DNA of 64,000 nt. Origin: Podarcis liolepis. Taxonomy: Eukaryota. The DNA lies in assembly GCA_965112155.1 (NCBI GenBank), contig OZ218105.1; one strand, given 5' to 3'. Of the stretch, positions 1 through 14,170 are shown piece by piece; positions within the stretch are counted from its first letter, which is position 1, and every line of letters begins with the position of its first letter. The translations under genes and the position numbers were made by a program. The notes under the pieces were generated by a model, which saw nothing but the letters and a program-made list of their open reading frames with translations, ran no database searches and was not told the origin of the DNA.

Positions 1-262
1 AGAAACACATCCCACAAATAAGAGTTTTCCGGCTTGGGATGTTTGGACATTGTCAAGCACTCTTCTTCTGACACCACAAACACATATATTTTCTGGGATT
101 CAAAATTCTACCTCTACCAAACAGTGGAAATCTCATTGGGGTAGAAACACACACCCCTTCCAAAGAATTACTGTGTTGCTGTTGTTTTCCGACACTGAGT
201 GAAGGTTCCATGTTGTAAGGAGCATAATGCAATCAATCTTACATAATATAGCTTGCATTTTT
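1..262. repeat. Diverged direct repeat of 5244-5506
   Basis: AGAAACACATCCCACAAATAAGAGTTTTCCGGCTTGGGA... recurs at 5244 with scattered substitutions. Confidence 0.85.
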
Positions 263-996
263 AATTTGCTTTAATTTGTATTAATCTATTCTGTTGTGAT
301 TTTAACTTCCTGTGTGCTTTGAATTATGGTTGTCATTTTTAAAATATAATTTTTATTCATTTTAATAATATAAAAGTTTAATAATGTAGAACATTTATAT
401 CAATCTAAAAAATACAAAAATACAGATTTCCATTGTTAAAACTGGACAAATCTCCCTCAGTTATAAATTATAACTGTCCCCCCAAAAAAATTAAGAAAGG
501 GAGACTTTTGCAGATCCCATACCGGTCACGGCTCTTACATGGCTTTAGGGTAAGATGAAAATTCCTCAGCTCTCAAGTCGCTTAACCCCCATCTGAGTTC
601 CTAGCAGCTGACTGCTTCTTGGTCTCTTGACAACAGAAAACAGCTTTTTCAAAGCACCAGGGATTAATCTCTTATTCACTCTTTCCCCCAAAATGAATAT
701 GGGAGCCAAGACTTATGTCTGGCTATCATCAATCACCATGTAATTATCTCTGCTGGCAGACTGTCAACAAAAGATGTTCAATCTGCTATTTCCTTCCGCA
801 TAACACATAAAAAACTCTCCACAAACTTCCTAATATTTAGTTGGATAGTAAGGAAAATTTTTGCCAATAAATAGAAAATTTTCAAACTTCTTGAAGCATA
901 TACTATGTAGGATGTTTTTGTGTTTGTTCTCGCATATACTGTATCTTTTTAAAGAGAGAACATTAAAATAGCTACATATTCAAATTTAGTCATGCT

Positions 997-999
997 GGA

Positions 1000-1055
<56 letters not shown>

Positions 1056-1056
1056 A
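997..1056. repeat. (GAAA)n microsatellite
   Basis: Direct inspection. Confidence 0.95.
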
Positions 1057-1381
1057 AACAATTTAGCACTGTCTCCACTCAAACATGCTATGCTGTGGTC
1101 CTAGATCGTCACCCTAAGTCAGCATGAAGATAGGCATCTAGATAATTCAGACTGAGGCTTCCACAATTTGCAGTTTTCTCCCTCAGCAACTGCTGAAAAA
1201 TCCATCCCATTAGGTTGCTCTGCAGCAGTAGCAGCTCAGTATTACTCCCTCCCTACCTTCCTGGTAACATGGCATGAATTGTCCAGAATGCCAGCTTGAT
1301 AACATCCATTATTTACAAATAAACTCTCAAACAACTGATAACACACCTAATTCCACAAAACGAAAATGCAATATAACTCAC

Positions 1382-3811
1382 CGTGCTGTCATTTTCATTT
1401 TCAGAATTTAAATTACCTCCACTGGCCATCAAAGAAATGTCAGAGTTGCCATTGCAAAGGATGTTCTCTGCTATTTGGACAGTGGGCTGCAGGAATGTCA
1501 GCTCATTCCTCCTGGATTCAGAGGACAGACAGACCTGGTAGGAATATGGCAAAGTTCCGTCCTCATAATTGGGTGGGAATATGGCACCAGCCTTTGAATG
1601 GGGGTCAGGAATAAAGCACTGGAGGAAAGTGGGGTTCCTTGACCTTCGAAGCTTCATCAGAATGGTCAGAATCACCGTCACCAGGAACAGAAAGGACACC
1701 AAGGTCAAGGCCAATACCAAATAAAACTGTAGATCAGACTGATACTCTGAGTCATTTGGTTGGGAGTTCATTTCCGGAAGAGCCTCCTGGAAGTTCTCAG
1801 CAAACACCAGGCTCAAAGTTGTGGTGGCTGAGAGAGGAGGATGCCCATTGTCCTTCACCAGAATGACCAGCCTCTGCTTCACTGCATCTCTCTCAAGTAA
1901 TGCTCGGACTGTTTGCACCTCTCCTGTGTGGGAGCCAATGCTGAAGAGTGAGGGCTCTGTGGCCTGCAGGAGATGGAAGGAGAGCCAGGCATTGTGTCCA
2001 GAATCAGAGTCCACGGCCACCACCTTCGTCACCAGATAACCCGACTCAGCTGACCGAGGCACCATCTCAAAGAAAGGGGAGCCCTCGGTTGATTGTGAGG
2101 GGTACAGGATCTGCGGAGCGTTATCATTTCGATCCAAAACACATACTGTCACTGTGGCACTGCTATTGAGTGGTGGAGAACCTCCATCTTGGGCCTTCAC
2201 TTGAATCTGAAACTCCCTGAATTGCTCATAGTCAAAGGAGCGTTGGGCATAGATGATCCCAGTCTCAGAGTTAATGGAGACATAGGAGGAGAGAGGCAGG
2301 CCATTGATGTTGCTGTTAAGTATGGAGTAAGTGATTCTGGCATTGCGATCCAGATCTGGGTCAGACGCCTTGATGTGGAAAATTGAAGCTCCAGATGGGT
2401 TGTTCTCTGGAACGTAGGCAGTGTAGGAAGATTTGTCAAAGGCTGGTGGGTTATCATTGATATCTGAGATCTGTATTGATATGGATTTGTGTGTGGAGAG
2501 TGGAGGTGTGCCTTTGTCTGTGGCTGTGATTGTAATATTATACTCTGGAGTCCTTTCTCTGTCAAGGGCACCATCTATGAGGAGCTTGAAGTAACTACTC
2601 GAAGATGAGACTATCAGGAAAGGTACAAGTTCCTTCAGGTGACAGGTGACTTCTCCATTCTCCCCAGAATCCCTGTCCTGAACTTTAATGAGAGCAATCA
2701 CAGCTCCAGATGTGACATCTTCAGGAACTGGGCTGGACACGGATGTAAGGATCACATCTGGAGCATTGTCATTCTCATCAAGAACCTCAATCTCCACATT
2801 GCAATGTGCTGCCAATCCTCCGCCATCACTTGCCTGAATTTTCATCACATATTTTTGTCTGTCCTCAAAATCAACACTTTCTATAAGTGCAATTGTTCCA
2901 TCTCTGGGATCCAGATGAAACTTCTGTTTGGCTGTTTTTGGGATGTCACTGAAAGTATAAGTGATCTCAGCATTTGACCCTTCATCACTGTCAGATGCTT
3001 TGACTTGAAGCACAGAGGTTCCTTTGGGTGCACTCTCCTTCAGGCTCATTTTATAGATTGCCTGGGTGAAAAGAGGGGCATTGTCATTAATATCAATAAC
3101 TGCAACCAATATTTTGGCTGTGCCGGTTTTTGGAGGTTCTCCACCATCCATGGCTGTAAGGACCATGTGGTGCGTGTGTTCCTTTTCCCTGTCCAGTTGT
3201 TTCAGCAATATTAATTCTGCATATTTACCACCATCATTGCTGTTTTGAATTTCTAGTTTGAAATATGGAGTTGAGCTCAACTGATAATTCTGGAGGGAGT
3301 TCATTCCGATATCATCATCTTCAGCATTTCCAAGAGCAAATCGAGTTCCTGGCAGAGTAGATTCACTAAATTTAAGCTCAATATTTTCATTCTGGAAATG
3401 TGGGGCATTATCATTAATGTCCTGGATAAAAATATTTACGTGGAAAATATTCAAAGGATTGTGTGCCACAATTTCTAATTCGAGGACACAAGTGGATGAT
3501 TCCCCACAGATCTCTTCCCGGTCTATCCTCTCATTCACATACAGGTTGCCATTTTGTTCATTCAAATCAAAGAATTGCTTTTCTGAAGAAATACCAAGCT
3601 TGCGCTTTGACAGCTCTCTGACATCCAACCCCAGATCTTTAGCAAGGTTCCCCACAAAGGAGCCCTGCTCTGCTTCCTCTGGAACTGAATACTGAACCTG
3701 CTCAGACAACACCTGGCAGCAGAACACAGACCAGAATATGAACAGAAACAGTACTTGCCTCTTGGTGATCTTCTTTTTTCTCTCTGCCTGCTTTATTTTC
3801 ATCACATCCAT
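1382..3811 (-). CDS. PCDHGB: Protocadherin gamma-B-like variable exon (gene 1; 810 codons, spliced to constant exons outside the window)
   Basis: ORF with signal peptide, six EC repeats (DRE, DxNDNAP motifs), gamma-B signatures [22 protein letters not shown] and GTLPYSY, and a TM helix. Ends ACG|GTGAGT (donor 1376-1381) in phase 0. Symbol is family-level only. Confidence 0.93.
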
Positions 3812-4018
3812 TGTTGTTTATGATTTCCTCCTTCTTTATTATGTGAGATAATAGAAATACTGTTCTTTTGAGCTGATCTTTGGGAAACTGAGAGCTTTCC
3901 TTTCTTGAGCAGCTTTTAAAATAAAAGCTTTTCCTTTCTGCTCAGCTGAAGTGTTAAGAGAGAAATACTACTCCAAGAGTCTCAGAAATGCTGAACCATG
4001 GCTGCTCCCACGTTGTCC

Positions 4019-4051
4019 AACAGTGACACTCTGAGTCCACATGGGGAACTG
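4019..4051 (-). promoter_or_regulatory. CSE / CTCF site of gene 1 (CACT variant)
   Basis: + strand AACAGTGACACTCTGAGTCCACATGGGGAACTG, about 210 bp upstream of the ATG; the same motif precedes every exon. Confidence 0.8.
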
Positions 4052-6562
4052 TTTTTGCTATTTCTGTAATTCTACATGGAATTTTATCTCTAAAGTAGGG
4101 AATTGCTTGTAATATAAGTTCACATTTAAATTCAATCAGAAACCAATTTCTTCTCCATCACTTGTGTGCACCCTCTTCACTTCCCAGTGCCTCACCATTC
4201 AGCATCATTGATAGTTTCTTTCTTTAAAAAGGGGGGAAAAAACAAGAAAAACCATAGGAATAGTAGAGAGGGGATGCCTGTTGGTGAGGAGGGCTTTGTT
4301 TCCAGAGGCTTCTAAAGAAATTGTGGTCTTCTAGATCATTTAAATAGTGTAATTCCTTGTCAGGGTACACAAGGTTTGTCAATGTCTCCTTTACTGGATC
4401 AGGAGGCAGAGGGAACTACACTTTACATCCTCTCTGGCAGGAAATTCCACTTCTGTGCATACTCAGGAACATCATTTCTGGTTCAAGGTTAGGACTTTCC
4501 TACCTCTGCCCATTGACAGTTACTACCAGCACCCCACACAAAGGTGATTTTTTTTTTCTTGAAAAAGGGAAGAAATGGCAGGGAGGTTTAGCTAACGGTA
4601 CTGATGAACCCCATTTATACTTGAAATTAATTCAAAGAAAACTGGGTCCTCGCTGAATTAAAGTGATTAAAAAAGATGGGAGAGCTTATATTTAAAATCT
4701 TCTCATAGGACCTGGACTAAAGCTAGCTGCACTCTTTATAAAAGAGATAACATGTAATACATTAGTATGTTATTTGCTATCTGTCTTTCACCCAGTTTAA
4801 ACATAGCATTAATACCTCTATACTTTTGCATTATTCTGTTTAAAAGGTTTCTGTAAAGGAATAAAATACTGAAAGACCAAACTAACTAATGTGCATGTGA
4901 TCAATGTGATCAAAATATTTTACCACTTTTATTTACAATAATGTAAAGCAACTATTTCTAGCACCATTTCCCCCGCAATGTTCCCAAGTAATAAATGATT
5001 TCCAGTTTCTCTCATACAATTTTGTGTGAATCAAAGCATCCCCACCTCCGCTCCAGTGTAGTTTTCATTCTGCAATGAATGGACTTCCAGGACATTGTCA
5101 CAAATGGTCACCCCTACAATATCTCCAAAGTTCAGCCCCTACCACTTACAGCTGTGTCAATAACTTGGCACAAGCCATATAATGTTGTTTGGGGACATCT
5201 CTCTAAACAAGGACAGTTTTCTTGTGAGTTTCTTAATGGGGTCAGAAACACATCCTACAAATAAGTGTTTTCCGGCTTGGGATTTTTGGATATTGTCAAG
5301 CACTCTTCTTCTGACACCACAGACACATATATTTTCTGCGATTCAAAATTCTACCCTCACCTTATATTAGAAATCTCATTGGGGTAGAACCCCCCCCCCC
5401 AAAAAAAAAAGTTAGTGTGTTGCTGTTGTTTTCTGACACAGGGTGAAGGTTCCAAGTTATAAGGAGCATAATGCAACCATCTTATATACAATTGCTTGCA
5501 TTTTTTCTTTTTTATTCCCAGAGTCCCCTCCTCAATTAAGTCTCCTGATCTTATCATTCTAAAATATACAAACATCAATAATATCTCAGTCAATAAAAGG
5601 CTAAGTAAAACCATAACTGCTTTTGGAAAATGACATAACAAGCCTTTTGAGAATGGGAATATCAATATCAGCTTTCTGGAGGAAGTGTAGTGCAAAGGGG
5701 TTACTTACTATCAGAGAAGTCCCTATGAAGTACCATTGACATGCAAACAAGTGCACCAAAGTTACTTGCTGACTAGATGTTTGACTATCCTATCTGTCCA
5801 TGCAGACCACAGTAGGTATTTGTAGTGTACAAGCTGCTTGAAAGAAAAAGAAAAATGAATCAGTTTGCTTCCAGGTTAAGAGCTTGTCTGCCTGAATGAC
5901 TGGAGTGGACACTGACTTGTCATAGGCCTCTAGTTTCTAGTGCTCACGGAGCTAGTAAACCTATGTCTTGCCAGTACCGAGATAGGTGGCTGCTCACATT
6001 TATTGATATACTAGCTGTCTATCCATCCATCCATCCCAAAGTTTGGAAATATCATGCAGAAATGAGATAAAAACAAAATACAATAGTCAAAGCTAAAACA
6101 ATTAAGAATGCACCAAATCCATCCGTAAATTAAACAGGAACCCACATACTGAAGTCTTGCTCAATACTGGTCGGGAAATACACTTCCACATAAAAACTAG
6201 GTGGGAGGAATTAAATTAGGCTAATAACTGTCTCCCAGGCATGATTGTTTGCAATATGTAGGGAACTATGTTTTCTTATAGAGGAGCATTCTGTTTTATG
6301 AGCCCCCACCAGCAGTCCGAAGTAGCACGAATGAGGCAAAGATTGGTCACTTAATGCATGAAGATAAAGATTTGATGAAAGAAGTTCCTTCACAGAAGGA
6401 TCACATACCCAGTGATGACTAAAAGAAGGAAGAGCTGAACGGAATAAAAAGAAGACTGACATAGTTCTGAATATAATGAGAAACCTGAGGCAAATGGGAA
6501 ATATATTCTGATATTAATAAAACAAAACAAAAAATCATGTTAATCTAAAATTGTTTGCTCAC

Positions 6563-8965
6563 CTGCACTACGATTAAGCCTTCATTGTTCAAGTTTAAAT
6601 CTTCACCAGGTAGGATTGGATCCTTTGTCTCACAAGCTTCTTTATTGTTCAGAGTATTGGAATAATTTGCCTTTCTAGAGTCTGTAGTGAGAGAAACCTC
6701 CTGGCAGTAGGAGTGCAGAAATGCTCGGACTCCATCGATCCCCACAAACTGTGAGATAGGAGCGCCACTGAAATTCACACTCCCCGTCTCAAGCAGCTGA
6801 GAATTTCTCCACTTGTGCAACTTGATGGCCAGTAACACAAGGAGGAAAGTGAAGAACAAGCAGGAGACAAAAGCCACTGCAAGGACCAGGTAGAAGGTGA
6901 GGTCAGACGGAGGATCTACAGGAGCTGAGATGCTGCTCAGGTCTGAGAGGATTGCAGGGATGGCATCAGCCAGCACCACAGTCAGAGTGGCTGAAGCAGA
7001 GAGAGGTGGCTGCCCATTGTCCTTGACTAAAACCACCAGGCTTTGCTTGAGGGCATCTTTCTCCAGAAAGAAGCGGGCCGTCCTGATCTCTCCCGTGTGG
7101 AGCCCCAGAGTGAAGAGCCCTGGCTCGGTGGCCTTGATCAGCTGGTAGGAGAGCCAGGCATTCTGGCCAGAGTCCGCATCCACGGCCACCACCTTAGTGA
7201 CCAGGTAGCCTGGCTCAGAGGAGCGAGGGGCCAACTCTATCCCTGTGGAGCCGTCAGTGGGAGGGGAGGGGTACAGGATTTGGGGAGCATTGTCATTCTG
7301 GTCCAGGATGAAGAGAGTCACTGAGACGCTGGAGCTGAGCGGTGGAGAGCCTCCGTCCTGGGCCTTTACATGGAACCGAATGTCTCGAAACTCTTCATAA
7401 TCAAAGGAGGTCAGAGCATATATAATCCCCGTCTCAGAGTTAATGGAGAGGTAGGAGGAGAGGCGGGAGTCACTTCCTTGGTCATCAGTGATGGAATATG
7501 TTAGTCTGGCATTTTCTTCCCAGTCTGGATCACTTGCTTTCAGGGAAAAGACTGAGGCTCCTCTTGGATTATTTTCTAGAAGATAAGAGGTGTAGGCTGA
7601 CTGTAAAAAGAGTGGGGGGTTGTCATTTGTGTCTAACAGCTGCAGTGAAATAATTGCAGAGGTTGATAATGTCGGAGTCCCATTATCAGTTGCTGTAATA
7701 GTGATGTCATAGGTCGCCACTTGTTCCCTGTCAAGGGCTCTGTCTGTCACTAAAGTGTAAAAGTTGTCCATTGTTTTCTTTAGTTGGAAAGGAAGGCTAT
7801 TGGGAATTGAGCACATAACCTCCCCATTGACTCCTGAATCTCTGTCTTGGACATTTAAAATGGCAATGACAGTTCCAGTTGGTGTGTTCTCAGACACAGA
7901 GTTGAGTACAAAGGTTATTGCTATTTCAGGTGCGTTATCATTTAAGTCTTTTACAAAGATAACAACCTTTGATCTGTTACTTAGACCACCACCATCAATG
8001 GCTTGCACCTCAAATTCATATAAAGATGATATTTCAAAATCAAGGCTTCCTGCAAGGGTAATGTCTCCTGTTGTTGAATTCAGTAGAAACATTTTAGAAT
8101 TTTTCTCTGTGTTTTTTTCAAAGGAGTATTTTACCTCTCCATTGGTTCCTTCATCTATATCGGTAGCTCTCACTGTGCACACTATCGACCCTTTAGGAAT
8201 ATTTTCATTCATGCTTCCTTCAAAGATCTGTTGCGTGAAAATCGGTGCATTGTCATTTGCATCTAGAACAATCACATGAATTTGAGCAGTACCAGATCTC
8301 ACTGGATCACCCCCATCAGTAGCTGTGAAGATTAAATCATAATCTGGCTGCTCTTCCCTGTCCAGAAGTTTCTCCAGCACCAGCTCAGCATGTCTTGCCC
8401 CATTTTCTCCTGTCTGCACATGCAGAGAAAAATGGCGACTGCCTGCAAGTTGATAATCTTGTATAGAATTTATCCCTAGATCTGGATCCTGAGCTTTGGG
8501 TAGAAGAAACCTGTCTCTGAGTGTTGATGTCTCACTGATTTTCATTTTCCATTCCTTTGGTAGAAACCAGGGTGCATTGTCATTTATATCTGTAATTTCC
8601 ACTTCAATACCATAAAGTTTTAATTTACTTTCAATAAAAACCTGCAACTTCAATATGCATTTGTCTGCCTCTCCACAGATTTCCTCTCTATCTATTCTCT
8701 CAGAAATCTGTAAATGGCCATTGTTGACATTCAAAGCAAAATACTGAACCATACCTACACTGGAAACAATGCGGAGTCCATGGTCTGAAAGCTGCTTCCC
8801 ATCCATTCCCAGGTCCTTTGCAACATTCCCCACAAAAGAGCCTTTCTGCATCTCCTCAGGAATGGAATAGCGGATCTGCCCAGAAATTAGCTTCCAGATT
8901 GTCACCATGACAAGGCACTGAAGGATTCCTTTTCTGCAACTCCCAAGTCTGTGGGTTTCTTCCAT
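6563..8965 (-). CDS. PCDHGA: Protocadherin gamma-A-like variable exon (gene 2; 801 codons)
   Basis: Six EC repeats, TM, gamma-A cytoplasmic motif [21 protein letters not shown]; donor CAG|GTGAGC at 6557-6562, phase 0. Confidence 0.93.
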
Positions 8966-9191
8966 GATTTTGTACCAGGAGAAAAAATGCTGGTTCTGTT
9001 CAAAAGCTCTAATGATTGGTTTCTGGTGTTCCCTTTGGTCTGCTCCTAGATCCAGTTCAAAATAGCCAAATTGTGTTTAAGCAAAACTTACTTCAGTTTT
9101 GCTTTCTGTACTGTCATGTTCAGCCTCGCCTCAGTTATTGTGTGCTGCACTGTAATAGCTAAGGTTGTTTTACTTTTTTTCCTTATTGGTG

Positions 9192-9224
9192 AACAGCGAC
9201 ACCATGAGGCTCAATACAAAACTG
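9192..9224 (-). promoter_or_regulatory. CSE / CTCF site of gene 2 (CGCT core), with adjacent CCAAT
   Basis: + strand AACAGCGACACCATGAGGCTCAATACAAAACTG, preceded by ATTGG. Confidence 0.85.
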
Positions 9225-9463
9225 CAGAAGCCTTATTTTGGAATCCTAAATATACATTTTCTTCCATAACTCCTTCTATTCTTTAGGGTATTATCAGGAA
9301 ATTTCAGTTGACTGATCTTTTTGTTCAATACATTAATAGATATATAATTCATATAAACCAGTTTTGTCCTTTAAAAAAAGTCACAACAGGTATTTTTTTC
9401 TCAGGTGTTCTCATGTTTACTCCCAGTCTTAGTTGTACCTGAATATTGAATATTATAAGGATA

Positions 9464-9686
9464 CAGTGGTACCTCTAGTTACGAACTTAATTCGTTCCAG
9501 AGGTCCGTTTTTAACCTGAAACTGTTCTTAACTAGAGGCCTGCTTTCGCTAATGGGGCCTCTTGCTGCCGGCACATGATTTCCGTTCTCATCCTGGGGCC
9601 ACGTTCTCAACTCGAGGTAACTCTTAGTGAAATTTGTAACCTGAAGCATTTGTAACCTGAGGCGTTTGTAACTCGAGGTACCACTG
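9464..9686. mobile_element. Tc1/mariner-pogo (Tigger-like) MITE
   Basis: TIR CAGTGGTACCTC...GAGGTACCACTG, with TA on both sides. Confidence 0.85.
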
Positions 9687-10807
9687 TATAACCAAGGATC
9701 TGGCAGGTGATTATACTATGATATGTGCAATTCAGTCCTGCTCATCTATGTATGCTGATCTATCATGTGCAGCTTTCTTCCCTCCCTCTCCCATTTCCTT
9801 CTCAGAGTTAATTCTTTATTTGACCTTCACATGCAGTTACATTTGTGGGATTTTTTTCCTATGATGTGACTTTCTTGGGGGCTGCCTATGAATGACAGAA
9901 CCATATTTGCATATTGTGTGTGCAAAGTTCACGATCTTCCCTGTCCACGTGGTTTTGTCTGTCACAGGCAGCTCTTAGATGCAGGGGATTGCATCATGGA
10001 AAGTCATCTTCCACGGGGCTGTGCTTGAAAAATAACCATGCATCCTCTTTCCTCTCCATCTTTCCCTCCTTCAGTAATCCCATGTGTCCAGCTTCTCTTT
10101 CTTCAGTTCCCATTTGATAGTTCCTCAGGCTCTTAGGCTGACTAACTTTGAGATGAGAAGTTTCCATTAAATCCAGTAAGTAGAACTACAGAGCCAATAA
10201 TCAGAACAAGATTAATGGAACTAAAATGTCTAATAACTAAGACTTGCACCCTGCCCATCATGGGGATAGCTATTCATTCTAGTACCATAATAATCTGAAA
10301 CTGGTGTTTTGAAACAAGAGATGTATTGAGGGAATCAAGAAGGCACTTTTGTTTTCACAGCATTACATTCTGAGGTAGCAGATTTGAATCTTTTAAGTCT
10401 CCATTGTGGGGAAAACAATTTCAATAATCTATCCCAGATACTTCCAGTTTGCTGCTGTATTCCATTATCCTCTTATGACTTTATCAATGACAGCTCTCCT
10501 TTTGGAGGCTTGCTTGTTCTCTGAAGTCAACTCAATTTGACTTTGGCCATCAACTCAGTCACTTCTTTGATTTATAGCTAACCAACAATATTCTCAAATG
10601 AACATACCTCACATCATGGCCACTGGGAGGTGTGACTACAACTACCTGAAATCCCACCCGTGATTCCATAAGCACCCATATCTAGAAATGTGGTAACCTT
10701 ACTGTGTAGTTGGAGGCTGCAGGTATTCAGATGGCCTCTCATGAGGTATGCTTTTAAGTAGGCACCATGTAGAAGGTAAGATAATAAACACCAGTGTCTC
10801 TTCTTCT

Positions 10808-11223
10808 AACGATGCCTTATGAGGAACGGCTAAGGGAGCTGGGCATGTTTAGCCTGGAGAAGAGGAGGTTAAGGGGTGATATGATAGCCATGTTCAAATA
10901 TATAAAAGGATGTCACATAGAGGAGGGAGAAAGGTTGTTTTCTGCTACTCCAGAGAAGCGGACACGGAGCAATGGATCCAAACTACAAGAAAGAAGATTC
11001 CACCTAAAGATTAGGAAGAACTTCCTGACAGTAAGAGCTGTTCGACAGTGGAATTTGCTGCCAAGGAGTGTGGTGGAGTCTCCTACTTTGGAGGTCTTTA
11101 AGCAGAGGCTTGACAACCATATGTCAGGAGTGCTCTGATGGTGTTTCCTGCTTGGCAGGGGGTTGGACTCGATGGCCCTTGTGGTCTCTTCCAACTCTAT
11201 GATTCTATGATTCTATGATTCTA
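10808..11223 (+). mobile_element. Young 5'-truncated CR1 LINE 3' end
   Basis: Uninterrupted ORF2 C-terminus ([24 protein letters not shown]...[17 protein letters not shown]) and an (ATTCTATG)n tail. Confidence 0.93.
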
Positions 11224-11549
11224 CTTCCTGCTGAAGTGGGGACCTGAAACATCAGAAACAGAAGCCTAGCTGGATGCCGTTTGAGTTGTGGTGAAAGCTG
11301 GCGAAGCACAAGAAAACCGAGTGACTCAGAAGTCTTCTAAATAGCATGCCTCTTGCTTGGGAGCTGCTTTCCTCCAAACAGTCTCTATGCAGCTGGGGAG
11401 TAATGAGTGAGCTGATCACGCAGGTCCTACCCACATAAACTGAACACACTCCTCTTGCATAAACTCAACCTACATGGCTTCTCACTTAGATCCCAACTGC
11501 ATAGGGTCTACTCATAGAAAGCAGCTCCCTCATGCCTAATAATAGCTAA

Positions 11550-12165
11550 TAATACTTGGATCATGACTGGATGCAGAAAGGGGACGTTTTTGACAAAACA
11601 ATTTTCAATAGAGATAAATTTAAATCTCTGCATTAGTTAGGAAGAACCAGGTGCACAAATCTAGGATGGGTGATACCTGGCTTGACAGCTGTACATGTGA
11701 AAAGATTCTAGGGTTTTAGCAGATAACAAGGTAAACATGAGCCAGTAGTGCGACACAACAGCTAAAAAGGCTAATGCAGTTCTAGTTCACATCAACATAA
11801 ATACTGCGTCCAGTTTGTGAAAAGTAATGGTATATTTATATCCTGCTTTGGTCAGACAACCTCACCCAGAGTACTGTGCCCATTTCCATGCACCACAATT
11901 TAAGAAGAATATTGGCAAACTGGAATGTGTCCAAAATGGGGAAACAAAAAAAGAATTCAAATTGCAAGAAAAAGTATTTAGACGATTAGGAAGAACCTTT
12001 TGCAGGCATGAGCTGCTTGAAAGTGGATCAGACTGCATCCATAAGTCGTGTACTCTTCTTCATTAGAAGTTCTAAACAGAGACTATCAGCAATGGTGAAT
12101 TTCCTGCATTGGCAGGTGGTTGGACTAGATGATTACTGAGGTAACTTTCAACTCTACAATTCTAA
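11550..12165 (+). mobile_element. Older degenerate CR1 LINE fragment
   Basis: LYPALVRQPHPEYCAHFHAPQFKKNIGKLECVQ resembles CR1 ORF2; CR1-like 3' UTR ending caactctacaattcta. Confidence 0.8.
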
Positions 12166-13965
12166 TATATGGTGAGAACACATGTGTCTCCACTATGATA
12201 AAATGCAAGAATTTCACCTGCTAGAATCGTCCATCATTCCGTGATCCTTGTGCCTAGCCCTGCTTTGCGTATTATACAGGAAGGAATAAATGTCACTCAT
12301 ACCTCTGTTTCCCATTGTTTCGAACATGTAATGCTCCCCTCAATCCATCCTAGAATTTGGAGTGGTAATATTGCAGCAGCAGTAAATAAATCGCCTTCTT
12401 TTTCTATCATTTGTCCCCAAATATGTAAAGAAGAATTTGGCAGAGTTCTTTTGGAAGAATAAATCTGGACTCCGTACGCTATGGTAATTTACCTCAGACT
12501 TTGCAGATAAAATAATAGTCACTTCAACAATCCTGCCATGGAGTCAGTGTGGATTTTTTAAAAAAATGTCTATATTTGAGATATAGTCAAGAATATTCAG
12601 CTTCAAGGCAGGATTAATGCCTATTGGAATAAAAAGGCCTGCAGCAGGCAGTGAAATGCCATCAGGAAGGAGACCCAGAGGACTTTCCAGGGCAGGGAGT
12701 TTCACATCCCTTCCATGAATACCTGCCAAATATATCTCTGATAGTGGACCCCTGTGGCAGGGAGGCACATGGCAGCATGTCCACCAGAAGTATTGTAGTT
12801 GCCCCATCTAGGCAAAAATATAAATTCAGGTGGTCAGGGAACCAGTACAGCTTCACATCATTTTATAAAGCCTCAGTCCCAAGGCCTGCTCATTTCTCCT
12901 CAGCAAGGAAGCGGGGGAGGTGGTTCTGCCAGGCTGAGGGCCTGCTCTTCAGCTTTCCTCACTCTCTAGCTGCTGCCACCTCAGAAGCCTGACAGTTTGC
13001 CTGTTTTACAATTACACCATTGGACCAGTGGTCACTTTTTTTAATTCTGAAAGAGTGCTGTGGGTGCAAGTCACAAAATGGCTGCCATGGGTGCATGGCA
13101 TAATACAAAATGGCTGCTGTGGGGAGCACGGCATACCACAAAATTAGAGTGAGCACAGTCATGGTGAAACTTTTCCCGTAATTGTATTTCCATACTAGGA
13201 AAGGCTCAACCTCTTGAATTTCTGTCTGCCATACATCTGTTAAAGGCACAAGAACCCTGTTTTTCCCCAATGCCAACCCTAAACCAAAGCCTCGCCTGCC
13301 ATCCTGTATCCATTAAGCACGTCTGAGTAGGTATATATACCATTATACTGTAAGTTAACTATACAGTGAATTCTTAATGATTGGCAGGTCTTTAGCCTCT
13401 TTGCAAAGTGTTCACATTTGCCTTTGGGTGAGTTTTTAACATCCATCCACATTTACTGTGTAGTAATATCTAGAGAAAATAACTTCTAGGGATTACTTCA
13501 TCTCAGACAAACCCACCACAGGAACGACGCATCCCAGTTTCTAGGAACAAACAGCTCATATTCATGGCATTTAAGAACTTTTTAAAAATCATATAATCAG
13601 GACTGTGCGCTCCAGCATTGCATATATACTGGATTTTTATTTATTTTTTAGCAAGGTTTAATATGAGGACTAGTAAGGGACTGAAGGTGCTTGCTTAATT
13701 GTGAGGGCAGTAGAAAAAGTATTCAGGAAAGAGAATATTTTCCTCAGAAGAATGGGGGAGGAGCACTGCCAGCACTTCTAAAACATAAAGGCTGCCACAG
13801 GAGATCAAAAAGAGTGAATAAGCATTCTCTAGAAGAGGCTCCACAGCAGAGATTATGGTTTATCTGTCAGAAGAGAATTAATTACCATATTTAGTGACAG
13901 GAAAGTTCTGGTATATTTTCTCCAGGAATAGTTTTGTATGTAGCAAAAAGCCAAGCAGTGCTTGG

Positions 13966-14146
13966 CAAGGCCAGCCCAGTACATTTTGGCACCTGAGACA
14001 GACCCTAGAATGGCACCCCCTCCTCACCAAGGAAGGTGGGGTGAGTGAAGATCGACGTCAGGAACTGACATCAGGATCTGCCGCCCTGGTGGACTCTGCC
14101 ACCTAAGGTGGTCACCACACCTTCCCTCGTGGGTGGGCTGGCCCTG
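13966..14146. mobile_element. hAT-type MITE
   Basis: TIR CAAGGCCAGCCC...GGGCTGGCCCTG; 8-bp TSD GTGCTTGG/GTGCTTGA. Confidence 0.75.
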
Positions 14147-14170
14147 GTGCTTGACCTTTCGAAGCCATTA

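Noticed and set aside
10460-10630. Faint minus-strand resemblance to EC6 (SGHDV..HL, AINQRSD*V, EDNG)
   Set aside because: Needs several frameshifts and is too weak to call by eye; a profile-HMM search would be needed.
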